A stretch of 46,411 nt of DNA from Planctomycetota bacterium. Lineage in GTDB: Bacteria; Planctomycetota; UBA1135; UBA2386. The notes beneath the pieces were generated by a model. The model worked only from the letters and a program-made list of their open reading frames with translations. It made no database searches and was not told the origin of the DNA. Location of the stretch: contig CANMWZ010000037.1 in NCBI GenBank assembly GCA_947501605.1, positions 1-46,411 on the forward strand. The letters are read 5' to 3'. Shown piece after piece: positions 18,555-27,235 of this stretch (position 1 is its first letter; each line of letters opens with the position of its first letter). Position numbers and translations under genes: made by a program.

Positions 18555-19780
18555 GCTGTCAGTACTCTCGCCGCGCGTTCGATCGTGCGCCAGGGCAGCA
18601 GGCCCATGTGGTAGATCGAGATCGAGCCGATGCCGTGCTGCCGACAGAGCTCGCGGACCGTCACCAGGTCTTCGTCCGTCTGGTACTGCGGAGTGCGCGG
18701 GTGTAGGCAAAGGCGCAGCGCTGGCTGCGGCGCCGCTGGCCTCGCGGCCTCGCCCGTCGCCGCCAGCAAGTGCGGCAGCGAACTAGCAACGTCGGCGGCC
18801 TTCTCCCCATACACCGTCATGGCGCACTCCTGGACGAATCCCCCAACTACCGCAAACGGCAGGGCTGCATTGCCGCGCAGAGAATCGAAGTTGGTCTGCG
18901 CGCTGATTCGGATCGAGGATGGCCTCTCTGTCTGCATCGTCATCAGCATCTTCAAGAAGCTGATCGTGCGTTGGCCGAGGATGGCGACGACGTCGTGGCC
19001 AACGTCCGCCTGCAACTGGTCCAACAACTGCTGCGGCGTGTGCTTCTGGCTCGTGACGCTCATGCAGTCCTGGTCGAAATGCGCGGCAAGCAGGGAGCAG
19101 ATCTTCGCGCGCAGCGCAGCGGTGCGAGCCTCACCAAGGGACTCTTCGCCGATCTTCAGCTCGGCCATGCCACGCATGCACGCGCCACAAAAGCAGGCCG
19201 ACATCAGCGCGTCGGTGAAGGCATTGGCCGGGAACGAGTTCTTGTCGTGATGGCTGCTGTGGCGATGGCCCAGCGAACCGATCGCCTCGAGCTCGATGGC
19301 GTCGAGCCCGGGGTGGGCACACAGATCCCGCACCATGGCCACGGCGTAACGTTGCACGTGGTCGTTGGCATGGCACAGCGAGTAGGTGTACGCATCGCCG
19401 AACGCGTTCTGCACGCAGCAGTCGGGGTGGAGTTCGCCGAGGCGCGTGTTGTGCGTCAGCACTGCCCAGGCCCGTGCCCTGAGGCCGGTGCGCGGAGCGT
19501 GTTCGCAGAGCCACTCGAGCGGAGACGGTTCGCTGCCACGCACCTCGCTCGACTCTTTGGGTTGCAGCCGGCCATAGTCTCCGCGCGGCCGGTAGTGCAC
19601 GGTGCCATCCTCCAAGAACCGCACCTTGCTGCCCTTCTGCCAGGGTGTGAGCCAACGGCCGGCGTGGTAGCTGACGGCGAGAGCGACGTCGCGGAAGCCG
19701 AGGTCGCACAGGCGTCGAAGGCCGCCATGGGCATCGAGGGCCCGCAGGTCCCACGGGTGGGCGTAGATGCCGAGTTCCAT
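18551..19780 (-). CDS. Putative TIM-barrel glycoside-hydrolase-like protein
   Basis: IYAHPWD, LAVSYHAGR, WAVLTHN, SLCHAN, IELE, CFCGAC Cys cluster; no signal peptide; alternative GTG start at 19828. Confidence 0.6.
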   Translation of the reverse strand: MELGIYAHPWDLRALDAHGGLRRLCDLGFRDVALAVSYHAGRWLTPWQKGSKVRFLEDGTVHYRPRGDYGRLQPKESSEVRGSEPSPLEWLCEHAPRTGLRARAWAVLTHNTRLGELHPDCCVQNAFGDAYTYSLCHANDHVQRYAVAMVRDLCAHPGLDAIELEAIGSLGHRHSSHHDKNSFPANAFTDALMSACFCGACMRGMAELKIGEESLGEARTAALRAKICSLLAAHFDQDCMSVTSQKHTPQQLLDQLQADVGHDVVAILGQRTISFLKMLMTMQTERPSSIRISAQTNFDSLRGNAALPFAVVGGFVQECAMTVYGEKAADVASSLPHLLAATGEAARPAAPQPALRLCLHPRTPQYQTDEDLVTVRELCRQHGIGSISIYHMGLLPWRTIERAARVLTA

Positions 19781-19834
19781 GGTGTCGACGGTAGCGGCGG
19801 CAGCGGTGCGAACCAACGCCGCCGCCACCTCGCG

Positions 19835-21802
19835 TCAATCGGCGACGCGCATGCCGGCCGGCAACCGCTTGTCTGCGATCTCGGCCAGGATCCTCGCGAC
19901 GAACTCGTCGACGGTCGGCGTACCGAGCTTTTCGCCCTGTTGATTCTGCATCGCGACGCAGCCAGTCTCGGCTTCCTTGCCGCCAACCACGGCGAAGTAG
20001 TTGACGCGCGCAAGTCGCGCCTCACGGACCTTGGCGCCGAGCATGTCGGCCTTCTCGTCGACGGTAACGCGGACCGCGTGCTCCTGCAGGCGATCGCGCA
20101 GCGCATGGGCATAGCCGATCTGGGCGTCACTGATCGGCAGGATGCGCACCTGCTCAGGCGCGAGCCACAGAGGGAACTTGCCTTCGAAGTGTTCGATCAG
20201 GATGCCGAGGAAGCGCTCGAGCGAACCGAGGATCGCACGATGCAGCATGACGCAGTTGCGCTTCTGCCCGTCCTGGTCGATGTAGGTGGCATCGAGACGG
20301 TCCTTGCCCGGTAGGTTCGGATCGAGCTGAATCGTGCCGCACTGCCAGCCGCGCCCAATTGCATCCACGAGCGTGAACTCGAGCTTCGGACCGTAGAACG
20401 CACCCTCACCTGGCGAGACCGTGTACTTGAGTCCGGCCGAAGTGACCGCATCGCCGAGCGCCTTCTCGGTGCGATCCCAGGACGCGTCATCGCCGATGCG
20501 CTGCGCCGGTCTCGTCGCGAGCTTGACCGCGATCTTGTCGACGCCGAAGCCGAAGTCCTTGTAGACGTCGGTCAACATGCGGCAGAAGTTCGCGACCTCG
20601 TCCTGCACTTGGGCATCCGTGCACAGAATGTGGCCGTCGTCCTGCACGAAGCCGCGCACGCGCATGATGCCGTGCAACGCGCCGGAGGCCTCGTTGCGGC
20701 AGCACGAGCCGAACTCGCTGATGCGCATCGGCAGATCGCGGTAGCTCTTCAGGCCTTGCTTGAAGATCAGGATGTGCCCCGGGCAGTTCATCGGCTTGAT
20801 GGCGAAGTCGCGCTTCTCCGACTCCGTCGTGAACATGTTCTCGCGGTACTTCTCCCAGTGACCGCTGCGTTCCCAGAGCGAACGGGCCATCACGCTCGGT
20901 GTGTGCACCTCGACGTAGCCGTTCTTGCGCTGCCGATGGCGCATGTACTCCATCAAGGCGACATAGATGGTCCAGCCGTTCGGATGCCAGAACACCTGAC
21001 CGGGGTTGTCCTCTTCGATGTGGAAGAGGTTCATCTCCTTGCCGAGCTTGCGGTGGTTGCGTCGCTTGGCCTCTTCGATGCGGTTCAGGTGCGCCTTCAG
21101 CCCCTTCTCGTCGGCGAAGCAAGTGCCGTAGATGCGAGTGAGCTGGTCGCTGTTCTGATCGCCGTGCCAGTAGGCGCCGGCGACGGCCATCACCTTGCTG
21201 GCCTTGAGCCAACCGGTCGACGGCACGTGCGGGCCCATGCACAGGTCTTCCCAGTCGTGGCCCGGCTTGCCGCTGACGTAGAACGACAGGTTGTCACTGC
21301 CCTTCTGCAAGGCGCGCTCGGCATTGTCGCGCTTGTAGATGTCGTCCTTGGTGCGCTGCAGGCCCTCTTGGGCCGAATAGTCGCACCGCACAAACGGGCG
21401 ATCGGCGGCGACGATCTCCTGCATCTTCGCTTCGATCGCCGGGAAGTCGGCCTCCGACAGCGGACGCGGCGGCTTCAAGTCGTAGAAGAACCCGTCGTCG
21501 ACCGGTGGGCCGTAGGCAAGACGCGTGCCCGGGAACAGCGTGCAGATCGCTTCCGCCAGCACGTGCGCGGCGCTGTGGCGAAGCAGGTAGAGCGCGTCCG
21601 GATCGTCGTCCTTCGCCGTGATGATCTTGATCGCGCAGTCCTGGTCGAGCGGGCGCGACAGATCGCGGATCTCACCGCCGTCGAGCTTGACGCCGATGGC
21701 GCGCTTTCTAAGACCGGGGCCGATCGCTTCGGCGACTTGGGCGCCGGTGACGGGACCGGAGAAATCGAGGACCTTGCCGTCCGGGAGAGTAATGCGTGGC
21801 AT
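19835..21802 (-). CDS. thrS: Threonine--tRNA ligase
   Basis: TGS domain ITLPDG, RHSAAHVLA, DLCMGPHV, KPMNCPGH, GAFYGPK, HRAILGSLERF, FPLWLAPEQV. Confidence 0.98.
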   Translation of the reverse strand: MPRITLPDGKVLDFSGPVTGAQVAEAIGPGLRKRAIGVKLDGGEIRDLSRPLDQDCAIKIITAKDDDPDALYLLRHSAAHVLAEAICTLFPGTRLAYGPPVDDGFFYDLKPPRPLSEADFPAIEAKMQEIVAADRPFVRCDYSAQEGLQRTKDDIYKRDNAERALQKGSDNLSFYVSGKPGHDWEDLCMGPHVPSTGWLKASKVMAVAGAYWHGDQNSDQLTRIYGTCFADEKGLKAHLNRIEEAKRRNHRKLGKEMNLFHIEEDNPGQVFWHPNGWTIYVALMEYMRHRQRKNGYVEVHTPSVMARSLWERSGHWEKYRENMFTTESEKRDFAIKPMNCPGHILIFKQGLKSYRDLPMRISEFGSCCRNEASGALHGIMRVRGFVQDDGHILCTDAQVQDEVANFCRMLTDVYKDFGFGVDKIAVKLATRPAQRIGDDASWDRTEKALGDAVTSAGLKYTVSPGEGAFYGPKLEFTLVDAIGRGWQCGTIQLDPNLPGKDRLDATYIDQDGQKRNCVMLHRAILGSLERFLGILIEHFEGKFPLWLAPEQVRILPISDAQIGYAHALRDRLQEHAVRVTVDEKADMLGAKVREARLARVNYFAVVGGKEAETGCVAMQNQQGEKLGTPTVDEFVARILAEIADKRLPAGMRVAD

Positions 21803-21874
21803 GAGCGTTGGCGGAAGCCTCGAAGGCTACGGGACCGGAGGATCCCGCGCGAGGCTCCGCCGCGCTGCCGAAGG

Positions 21875-24592
21875 TCAGTTGCCGATGCGCTGCACGAGCG
21901 CGTTCGTGCACGTGAGCCCGAACGGCGCCGCCGCGTCGAACACGAAGGCTTGACTGTGGAACTCGAGACCTTGGAGTCCAGGCGGCAAGGTCAGCGGGAA
22001 CTCCGCCGAGGCCGCGGCCCGACCGTCGCCCGAGCCCAGGATCGACGCCGTTTCGGTGACGAGCGACGCGAGGTCGAGCCGCAGGGTGAGGCCGGGGAAG
22101 AGGAAGTTCGATTGCTGAGCGCCAGCGAGCGACAGTCCCAGCACCGCGATCGTCGGCCCCGGCACTCCGCGCAGCACGAGGCGTTCGGTCTGGCCCGCGC
22201 GGAACGGCCCGTAGGCGCCCCACACCGGCCGCGAGCCCGCTTCGCCGATCGTGCTCGTGCCGACCTGGCGCCGCATGCCGCCCGACGGTCCGAAGTGCCC
22301 GCTCCCGCGTGCGACCACGCGCGCGCAGAGATCCGCGTCGCCGTCGCCGTCGAGGTCCGCGAGGCGGCCTTCGTACATCGTCTGCTGGAGCGTCTCGAAC
22401 TGCAGGGCGCCACTGACGAAGGTGCCGAGGTTGCGCAGCACGCGGCCCACGTTGGGCTGGCCGGGCACCGAGGCGACGACGAGGTCGACGCGGCCGTCGT
22501 CGTCGATGTCGCCAGCGCTGACGTTCGGCAGGTCGCCCGTGACACCAGGCGTCCAGGTGCGCGTCGAGATGCCGAGGGAATAGGCCGAGAAGATGTAGTT
22601 CGGACCCGCTGGGCCCATGTTGCGGCAGAGGTAGACCCCGCCTTGGTTGTCCATGCCCGTGAAGTCGAGGCGCCCGTCGCCGTCGAAGTCGGCGACCGCA
22701 ACGGAGTTGGGCTGCACACCGAGCCCGAAACCCAGGCCGCCCAAGAAGGGGAAGGTACCCTGGTGCTGGCCGGTCCCGCGCCGGACGTAGGTGCTACTCA
22801 CCGCGTGCAACAGCACGTCCGGGATCCCGTCGCCGTCGAAGTCGGCGACGGCAGCGACGCGCCCGTTGAAGGTCGGCCCGAGCACCATCGTGCCGGCCAC
22901 GTTCCACAACAGCACGCTCTGCCCGAACGACGAGGTATCCCACTGCTGCAGCACCAAGTCCTCGTCGCCGTCGCCGTCGAAGTCAGCGGCGAACTGGTTG
23001 TCGACGTTGTAGCCGGTGAAAGCGACGCCGAAGTAGTCGGGGAAGCGGATCGGGTGCACGTAGCCGCCGAGGGTGAACCAGCCGGCGCCGTTGTTGCGCA
23101 CCGCGCGCATGCCGAGGAAGGTCCCCGTCGTCGAGCGCTCCTCGAAGATCGCATCGCGCGCACCATCGCCGTCGAGGTCCAGCGTCCACTGGCCGCCAAA
23201 GGTCGTTCCGGGCGGCGGCGTCACCGTGCGCGACACGAGTTCGTAAACGCTGTTGCCGTCGTTGACATAGCCACCGTAGGGCCCCGCCAAGAAATCGACG
23301 TCACCGTCGCGATCGAAGTCGTGCAGCGAGCTCTGCCGCAGGATGAAGCCGAGGTTCGCGTTCGCGATGGCCGGCATCGGCGACTCGCTCCATGGCCCTC
23401 GGCCATAGAACACGCAGCGACCGGCGACGAGATCGAGGTCGCCGTCGAGATCGAGATCGGCGGCACCGGCGAGACTCTCGGAGCCAGCGCCCGGCATCTG
23501 CCAGGCGTTGGCAAAGGTTCCGGTGCCGTCGTTGATCGCAACCTCGAACACCGACGCGAAGTCGAGCCGCGGCCAGACGTAGTTGGGTCCACCGCCGCCA
23601 CCGCAGCACACGCCGTCCAGATCGCCGTCGCCGTCGACGTCAGCGAGATACTCGGACGGCCCGCCCGCGCGCGCCGGCGCCGCGGCGAAGTTGCCCGCGC
23701 CGTCGTTCTGGTAGAGCACATAGGTCGCTGGCGTCGTCAGACGGAACTCGACGAGGTCGCCGTCGCCGTCCTTGTCGACGTCGCCCGGCACCCAGTGCAC
23801 CTCCGGCCCGAGCACCAGAGTCGTGACCGCCTGCACGGTCCAGTTGGCGGTCCCGCGGCGGCAGACCAAGGCCTGCGTGTAGTCAAAGGCATCGCGCTGG
23901 ATCACGAGTTCTGGCCGCAGGTCGCCGTCCATCTGCACGGCCGTGAGCTGCATGTCCTGAGGTGTGAAGACCGTGGGCCCCGCTGGCAACGCGAACGTCT
24001 CTTCCACGCCGGTCGCGCCCGAACGGATCGCCACGGGCCCGGTCTTCGCCACGACCGCGATGTCGCGAACGGAATCGCCGTCGAAGTCGCCGACCGCGAC
24101 CGCGTGGATCGTCTCCGCGACCGGCGCCGTGCGCGCGAAGTAGGTCGTCGTGAACGTGAAGCCGGGCTGCGCGGTGAAGATCTCGGTGCCCGCCCCGCCG
24201 CTGACGACGAAGTCGTCGTCGCCGTCGTTGTCGAGATCGCCGACCGCGACGGCGTAACTGCGCCAGCCCGGTGTCGCGAGCCCGCCGAAGCCGCCGACTG
24301 TCGATGCCCCTTGGAAGGCCAGGACCATCTGGCCGGCGTCGTTGCGCCAGACGAGGACCTGGTTGTTGCCGCCGTTCTGGTGGATGCGCGTGCCGACCGC
24401 ATCGAGGTCGCCGTCGCCGTCGAAGTCGCCGAGGCGCTGGAACGGCGCCGAGTCGACCGGCAGCACCACGAGCGGCGCGTGCAGCAGCGCTTTCGATTCC
24501 TGCGCGCCAAGGATGGCTCCGAGGGACCAAAAGGGAACGGTCGCGAGCAGCATGCGAGAGCGGCCACCGAAACCAGAGCTGACGTGGTGCAT
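21875..24592 (-). CDS. Secreted FG-GAP/VCBS repeat protein with a C-terminal beta-sandwich-like domain
   Basis: Signal-like N-terminus; more than a dozen DxDGDGDxD-type motifs. Confidence 0.88.
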   Translation of the reverse strand: MHHVSSGFGGRSRMLLATVPFWSLGAILGAQESKALLHAPLVVLPVDSAPFQRLGDFDGDGDLDAVGTRIHQNGGNNQVLVWRNDAGQMVLAFQGASTVGGFGGLATPGWRSYAVAVGDLDNDGDDDFVVSGGAGTEIFTAQPGFTFTTTYFARTAPVAETIHAVAVGDFDGDSVRDIAVVAKTGPVAIRSGATGVEETFALPAGPTVFTPQDMQLTAVQMDGDLRPELVIQRDAFDYTQALVCRRGTANWTVQAVTTLVLGPEVHWVPGDVDKDGDGDLVEFRLTTPATYVLYQNDGAGNFAAAPARAGGPSEYLADVDGDGDLDGVCCGGGGGPNYVWPRLDFASVFEVAINDGTGTFANAWQMPGAGSESLAGAADLDLDGDLDLVAGRCVFYGRGPWSESPMPAIANANLGFILRQSSLHDFDRDGDVDFLAGPYGGYVNDGNSVYELVSRTVTPPPGTTFGGQWTLDLDGDGARDAIFEERSTTGTFLGMRAVRNNGAGWFTLGGYVHPIRFPDYFGVAFTGYNVDNQFAADFDGDGDEDLVLQQWDTSSFGQSVLLWNVAGTMVLGPTFNGRVAAVADFDGDGIPDVLLHAVSSTYVRRGTGQHQGTFPFLGGLGFGLGVQPNSVAVADFDGDGRLDFTGMDNQGGVYLCRNMGPAGPNYIFSAYSLGISTRTWTPGVTGDLPNVSAGDIDDDGRVDLVVASVPGQPNVGRVLRNLGTFVSGALQFETLQQTMYEGRLADLDGDGDADLCARVVARGSGHFGPSGGMRRQVGTSTIGEAGSRPVWGAYGPFRAGQTERLVLRGVPGPTIAVLGLSLAGAQQSNFLFPGLTLRLDLASLVTETASILGSGDGRAAASAEFPLTLPPGLQGLEFHSQAFVFDAAAPFGLTCTNALVQRIGN

Positions 24593-24771
24593 AGGGGGAT
24601 TCCTTGGGGACGATTGCCGATGGCAACGCCCATGCCGGTCTTAGCGACACTGCGACTACCCGCGAGCGCTGCGGATCCTACCCGCGAATCCCCGCCGGAG
24701 GTCCGTCGGCCCGTCGGCTTCCCGCCGATCCGCGCTGGCCTCGTCCGCCGGAGCCGGCACAATCGGCCGCC

Positions 24772-25536
24772 ATGTTCCTGAAGCTCGACGCCGCCCAGAT
24801 CCTCGCCACTACCGAGAGACTGCGCGATCGGATCCGCGAACGGTTCCCCACTGCCAACCTGGTGCGCGTCGCCGACGAGTTGATCCTCGTCACCAAGTCA
24901 CACGCCGCCCGAAGCCTGCAGATCCAGCAACCAAGCTATTGGCCGCGCCTCGTCGGCATCGTGGCATTGGGGCTCGCGGTCACGTTCTTGGTCGTCGCGG
25001 TGCAGAGCGTGCACCCCGAGGTCGGCGATCGTTGGAAGCTCGCCGATGTGATTCAGGCCATCGAGTCGTCGCTCGGCGCGATGGTGTTCCTCGGCGCCGC
25101 TGTCGTGTCGATCTGGAGCCTCGACGTGCGCGGCAAGCGACGGCGATGCCTCACGGCGCTGCACGAAATGCGCGCGATGGCCCACATCGTCGACATGCAC
25201 CAGTTGACCAAGGACCCCGAACGCGTACTCCACCGCGGCAAGGACACTAAGAGTTCTCCGGAGCGGACCTTCGATCGCGAACAATTGGCGCGCTACCTCG
25301 ACTACTGCAGCGAGATGCTGTCGCTGATGGGCAAGGTGGCAGCGCTCTATGTGCAAGGCTTCCCCGATGCCGTGGCGCTGTCGGCCGTGGACGACATCGA
25401 GGACCTGACCGGATCGCTGAGCCGCAAGATCTGGCAGAAGATCGTGATTCTCGAGCAGGCGATGGTCGCACAACCGACGGCGGCGGCGGCCCGCGACGAC
25501 ACCTCCACAGATGCCGTCGACAAAGAGATCCGCTAG
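24772..25536 (+). CDS. Conserved hypothetical membrane protein (2 TM helices)
   Basis: ATG 24772; two hydrophobic helices, then LHEMRAMAHIVDMHQLTKDP, YLDYCSEMLSL, LSRKIWQKI. Confidence 0.75.
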   Translation: MFLKLDAAQILATTERLRDRIRERFPTANLVRVADELILVTKSHAARSLQIQQPSYWPRLVGIVALGLAVTFLVVAVQSVHPEVGDRWKLADVIQAIESSLGAMVFLGAAVVSIWSLDVRGKRRRCLTALHEMRAMAHIVDMHQLTKDPERVLHRGKDTKSSPERTFDREQLARYLDYCSEMLSLMGKVAALYVQGFPDAVALSAVDDIEDLTGSLSRKIWQKIVILEQAMVAQPTAAAARDDTSTDAVDKEIR

Positions 25537-25552
25537 GCTCTGGGCCTCGCGG

Positions 25553-25629
25553 GCGCCCATAGCTCAGTTGGATAGAGCACCGGATTTCTAATCCGGCGGT
25601 CCCAGGTTCGAATCCTGGTGGGCGTGCCA
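25553..25629 (+). tRNA. tRNA-Arg (anticodon TCT)
   Basis: 77 nt; acceptor GCGCCCA/TGGGCGT, D arm GCTC/GAGC, anticodon arm CCGGA-TTTCTAA-TCCGG, T loop GGTTCGAATCC, encoded CCA. Confidence 0.97.
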
Positions 25630-25760
25630 ATCCACCGCACGCCACGCCCTGCCCCCAACGCGGGCGTAGCGGCCTTGACCGAAGGAGCGAAGCCCCACGC
25701 CAACGAGTGCGCAACGCGGCCCGCAAGGAAATTAGCCGCCTCTGCGCTGCTTGCAGGCAG

Positions 25761-26672
25761 ATGGCTGCATTCACCCCGCGTCACCTTTCCGCAGTAGTCC
25801 TTCCCTTGTTGTCGTCGGTTGCCGTCGCAGCGCAGCAGGCCCCCGCGAACTCTGCACCAAAGGACGGCTTCCTCACGGGTCTCAGCGGCTTCGAGAAGCT
25901 GCACGAGCCGATTGGCCAGCCGCTCTACTTCGAGTCGCCGACGATCGAGACTTCGCTGCGCCCGATCTACATCCGGCACAACTTCGACGACGCCTCGGCC
26001 TTGGGCGGCGGCAACGTCACGATCTACGCCGCACAACTGCGCCTCGCACTCAGCGACCGCTGGGCCTTCATCGCGACCAAGGACGGCTACAGCGAACTGA
26101 ACACCGGCGCCTTCGGTGAAGACGAGGGCTGGAACGATCTCGCCGGCGGCCTCAAGTACGCGGCGATCGTCGACCAACCACAGCAGTTCCTGGTGTCCAC
26201 CGGTCTGCGCTACCAAGCCGAGAACGGTCACCGCGGCGCGCTGCAAGGCGGCGTCGACGAGTTCAGTCCGTTCGTGTCGGCAGCGAAGGGCTACGACGAT
26301 CTGCACGTGGTCGCCGGCGTGTGCTGGCGCGTGCCGACCGACAGGAACGACGGCAACCAGGCCCTCCACTGGGACTTCCACTTCGACTACGACCTCAACC
26401 CCGACAGCGATCGCATCGTCTCGCCAGTCGCCGAGATCCACGGCGTGCACTACCTCGACAGCGGCAGCGTGGGCTTGCCGGTCGGCGGCCTCGACTACAC
26501 CAACCTCGGCAGCCAAGTCGGCGGCGAGTTCGTGTCGTGGGTAGGCCTCGGCCTTCGTCTCGAAGTCATGCGCAAGGTCGAGATCGGCGCCGTCTACGAG
26601 TTCGCGTTGACCGACAGCAAGGACGACATCATGGATGACCGCGTCACGGTCGACATGATCTTCCGTTGGTGA
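25761..26672 (+). CDS. Putative outer-membrane beta-barrel protein
   Basis: Signal peptide; alternating amphipathic strands (AAQLRLAL, AGGLKYA, VGLGLRLEV, IGAVYEFAL); terminal aromatic residue (DMIFRW). Confidence 0.7.
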   Translation: MAAFTPRHLSAVVLPLLSSVAVAAQQAPANSAPKDGFLTGLSGFEKLHEPIGQPLYFESPTIETSLRPIYIRHNFDDASALGGGNVTIYAAQLRLALSDRWAFIATKDGYSELNTGAFGEDEGWNDLAGGLKYAAIVDQPQQFLVSTGLRYQAENGHRGALQGGVDEFSPFVSAAKGYDDLHVVAGVCWRVPTDRNDGNQALHWDFHFDYDLNPDSDRIVSPVAEIHGVHYLDSGSVGLPVGGLDYTNLGSQVGGEFVSWVGLGLRLEVMRKVEIGAVYEFALTDSKDDIMDDRVTVDMIFRW

Positions 26673-26679
26673 GCGTTCG

Positions 26680-27186
26680 CTAGTCGCGCGGTGCGAACAC
26701 GGCGAGCGTCTGCTCGCCGGCGCGTTGGCCGAGCGACGAACGCAACACCACCGCGAGTGGATGCGGCCTGTGCGGCACGACGACGAGGAGCATGCGACTG
26801 CGGAAGCCACGGGCCATGTGCTGCGGCCCGTAGTACTCGTCGCGTAGAGGCTCGACGAGGAGCACATCGACGCCTTCTTCGGTCGCCACGGTCGCCCTGA
26901 AAGGTCGGCGGTCCTGCGACGCCGCCGCCACGACGACCACAGCCTTGTGGGTCGCGAAGTTACAGGGAACCGGCGGCAACTCGGCAGCGGCACTACCGAG
27001 TGCCGCGCGACAACGCCGCCACTCCACGGCGTCCACAGCGCAGTGGCAGGCCGCGTCACGCATCGTCACCAACCACGCGTTCTGGTGTTCGATCCGCAGC
27101 AGTTCCGAACCGGGCTGGTCGGGTGCGGCACCAGCACAACCGACCACGGCGAGGGCTAGCGCCGCGACGAAGAGACTGCCGTGCAT
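26680..27186 (-). CDS. Putative lipoprotein (PrcB C-terminal-like)
   Basis: MHGSLFVAALALAVVGC lipobox; 'PPVPCNFATHKAVVV' resembles the PxVDF motif of PrcB_C; family call weak. Confidence 0.5.
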   Translation of the reverse strand: MHGSLFVAALALAVVGCAGAAPDQPGSELLRIEHQNAWLVTMRDAACHCAVDAVEWRRCRAALGSAAAELPPVPCNFATHKAVVVVAAASQDRRPFRATVATEEGVDVLLVEPLRDEYYGPQHMARGFRSRMLLVVVPHRPHPLAVVLRSSLGQRAGEQTLAVFAPRD

Positions 27187-27235
27187 GGCTCGGGACATTA
27201 CCGATGCCGGGCCGATCCGCGTACCGTGCTCACCC

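Noticed and set aside
16857..19780. Phosphatase and TIM-barrel genes as the missing eboF/eboE
   Set aside because: The phosphatase has PafA-type motifs and a signal peptide, and the barrel lacks recognisable EboE motifs; both are more than 10 kb from eboAB
20609..24781. 1390-aa plus-strand ORF
   Set aside because: Antisense shadow of thrS and the FG-GAP gene; Arg/Ala/Val-rich with no motifs, typical of high-GC DNA
25553..25700. tRNA-Arg as an integration site for a genomic island
   Set aside because: No integrase and no duplicated tRNA 3' end noticed in the window; flanking composition is unchanged
25533..27059. 508-aa minus-strand ORF, and similar long ORFs at 10354, 11853, 18770, 36006 and 37266
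   Set aside because: Antisense shadows of well-supported genes; this one also crosses the tRNA
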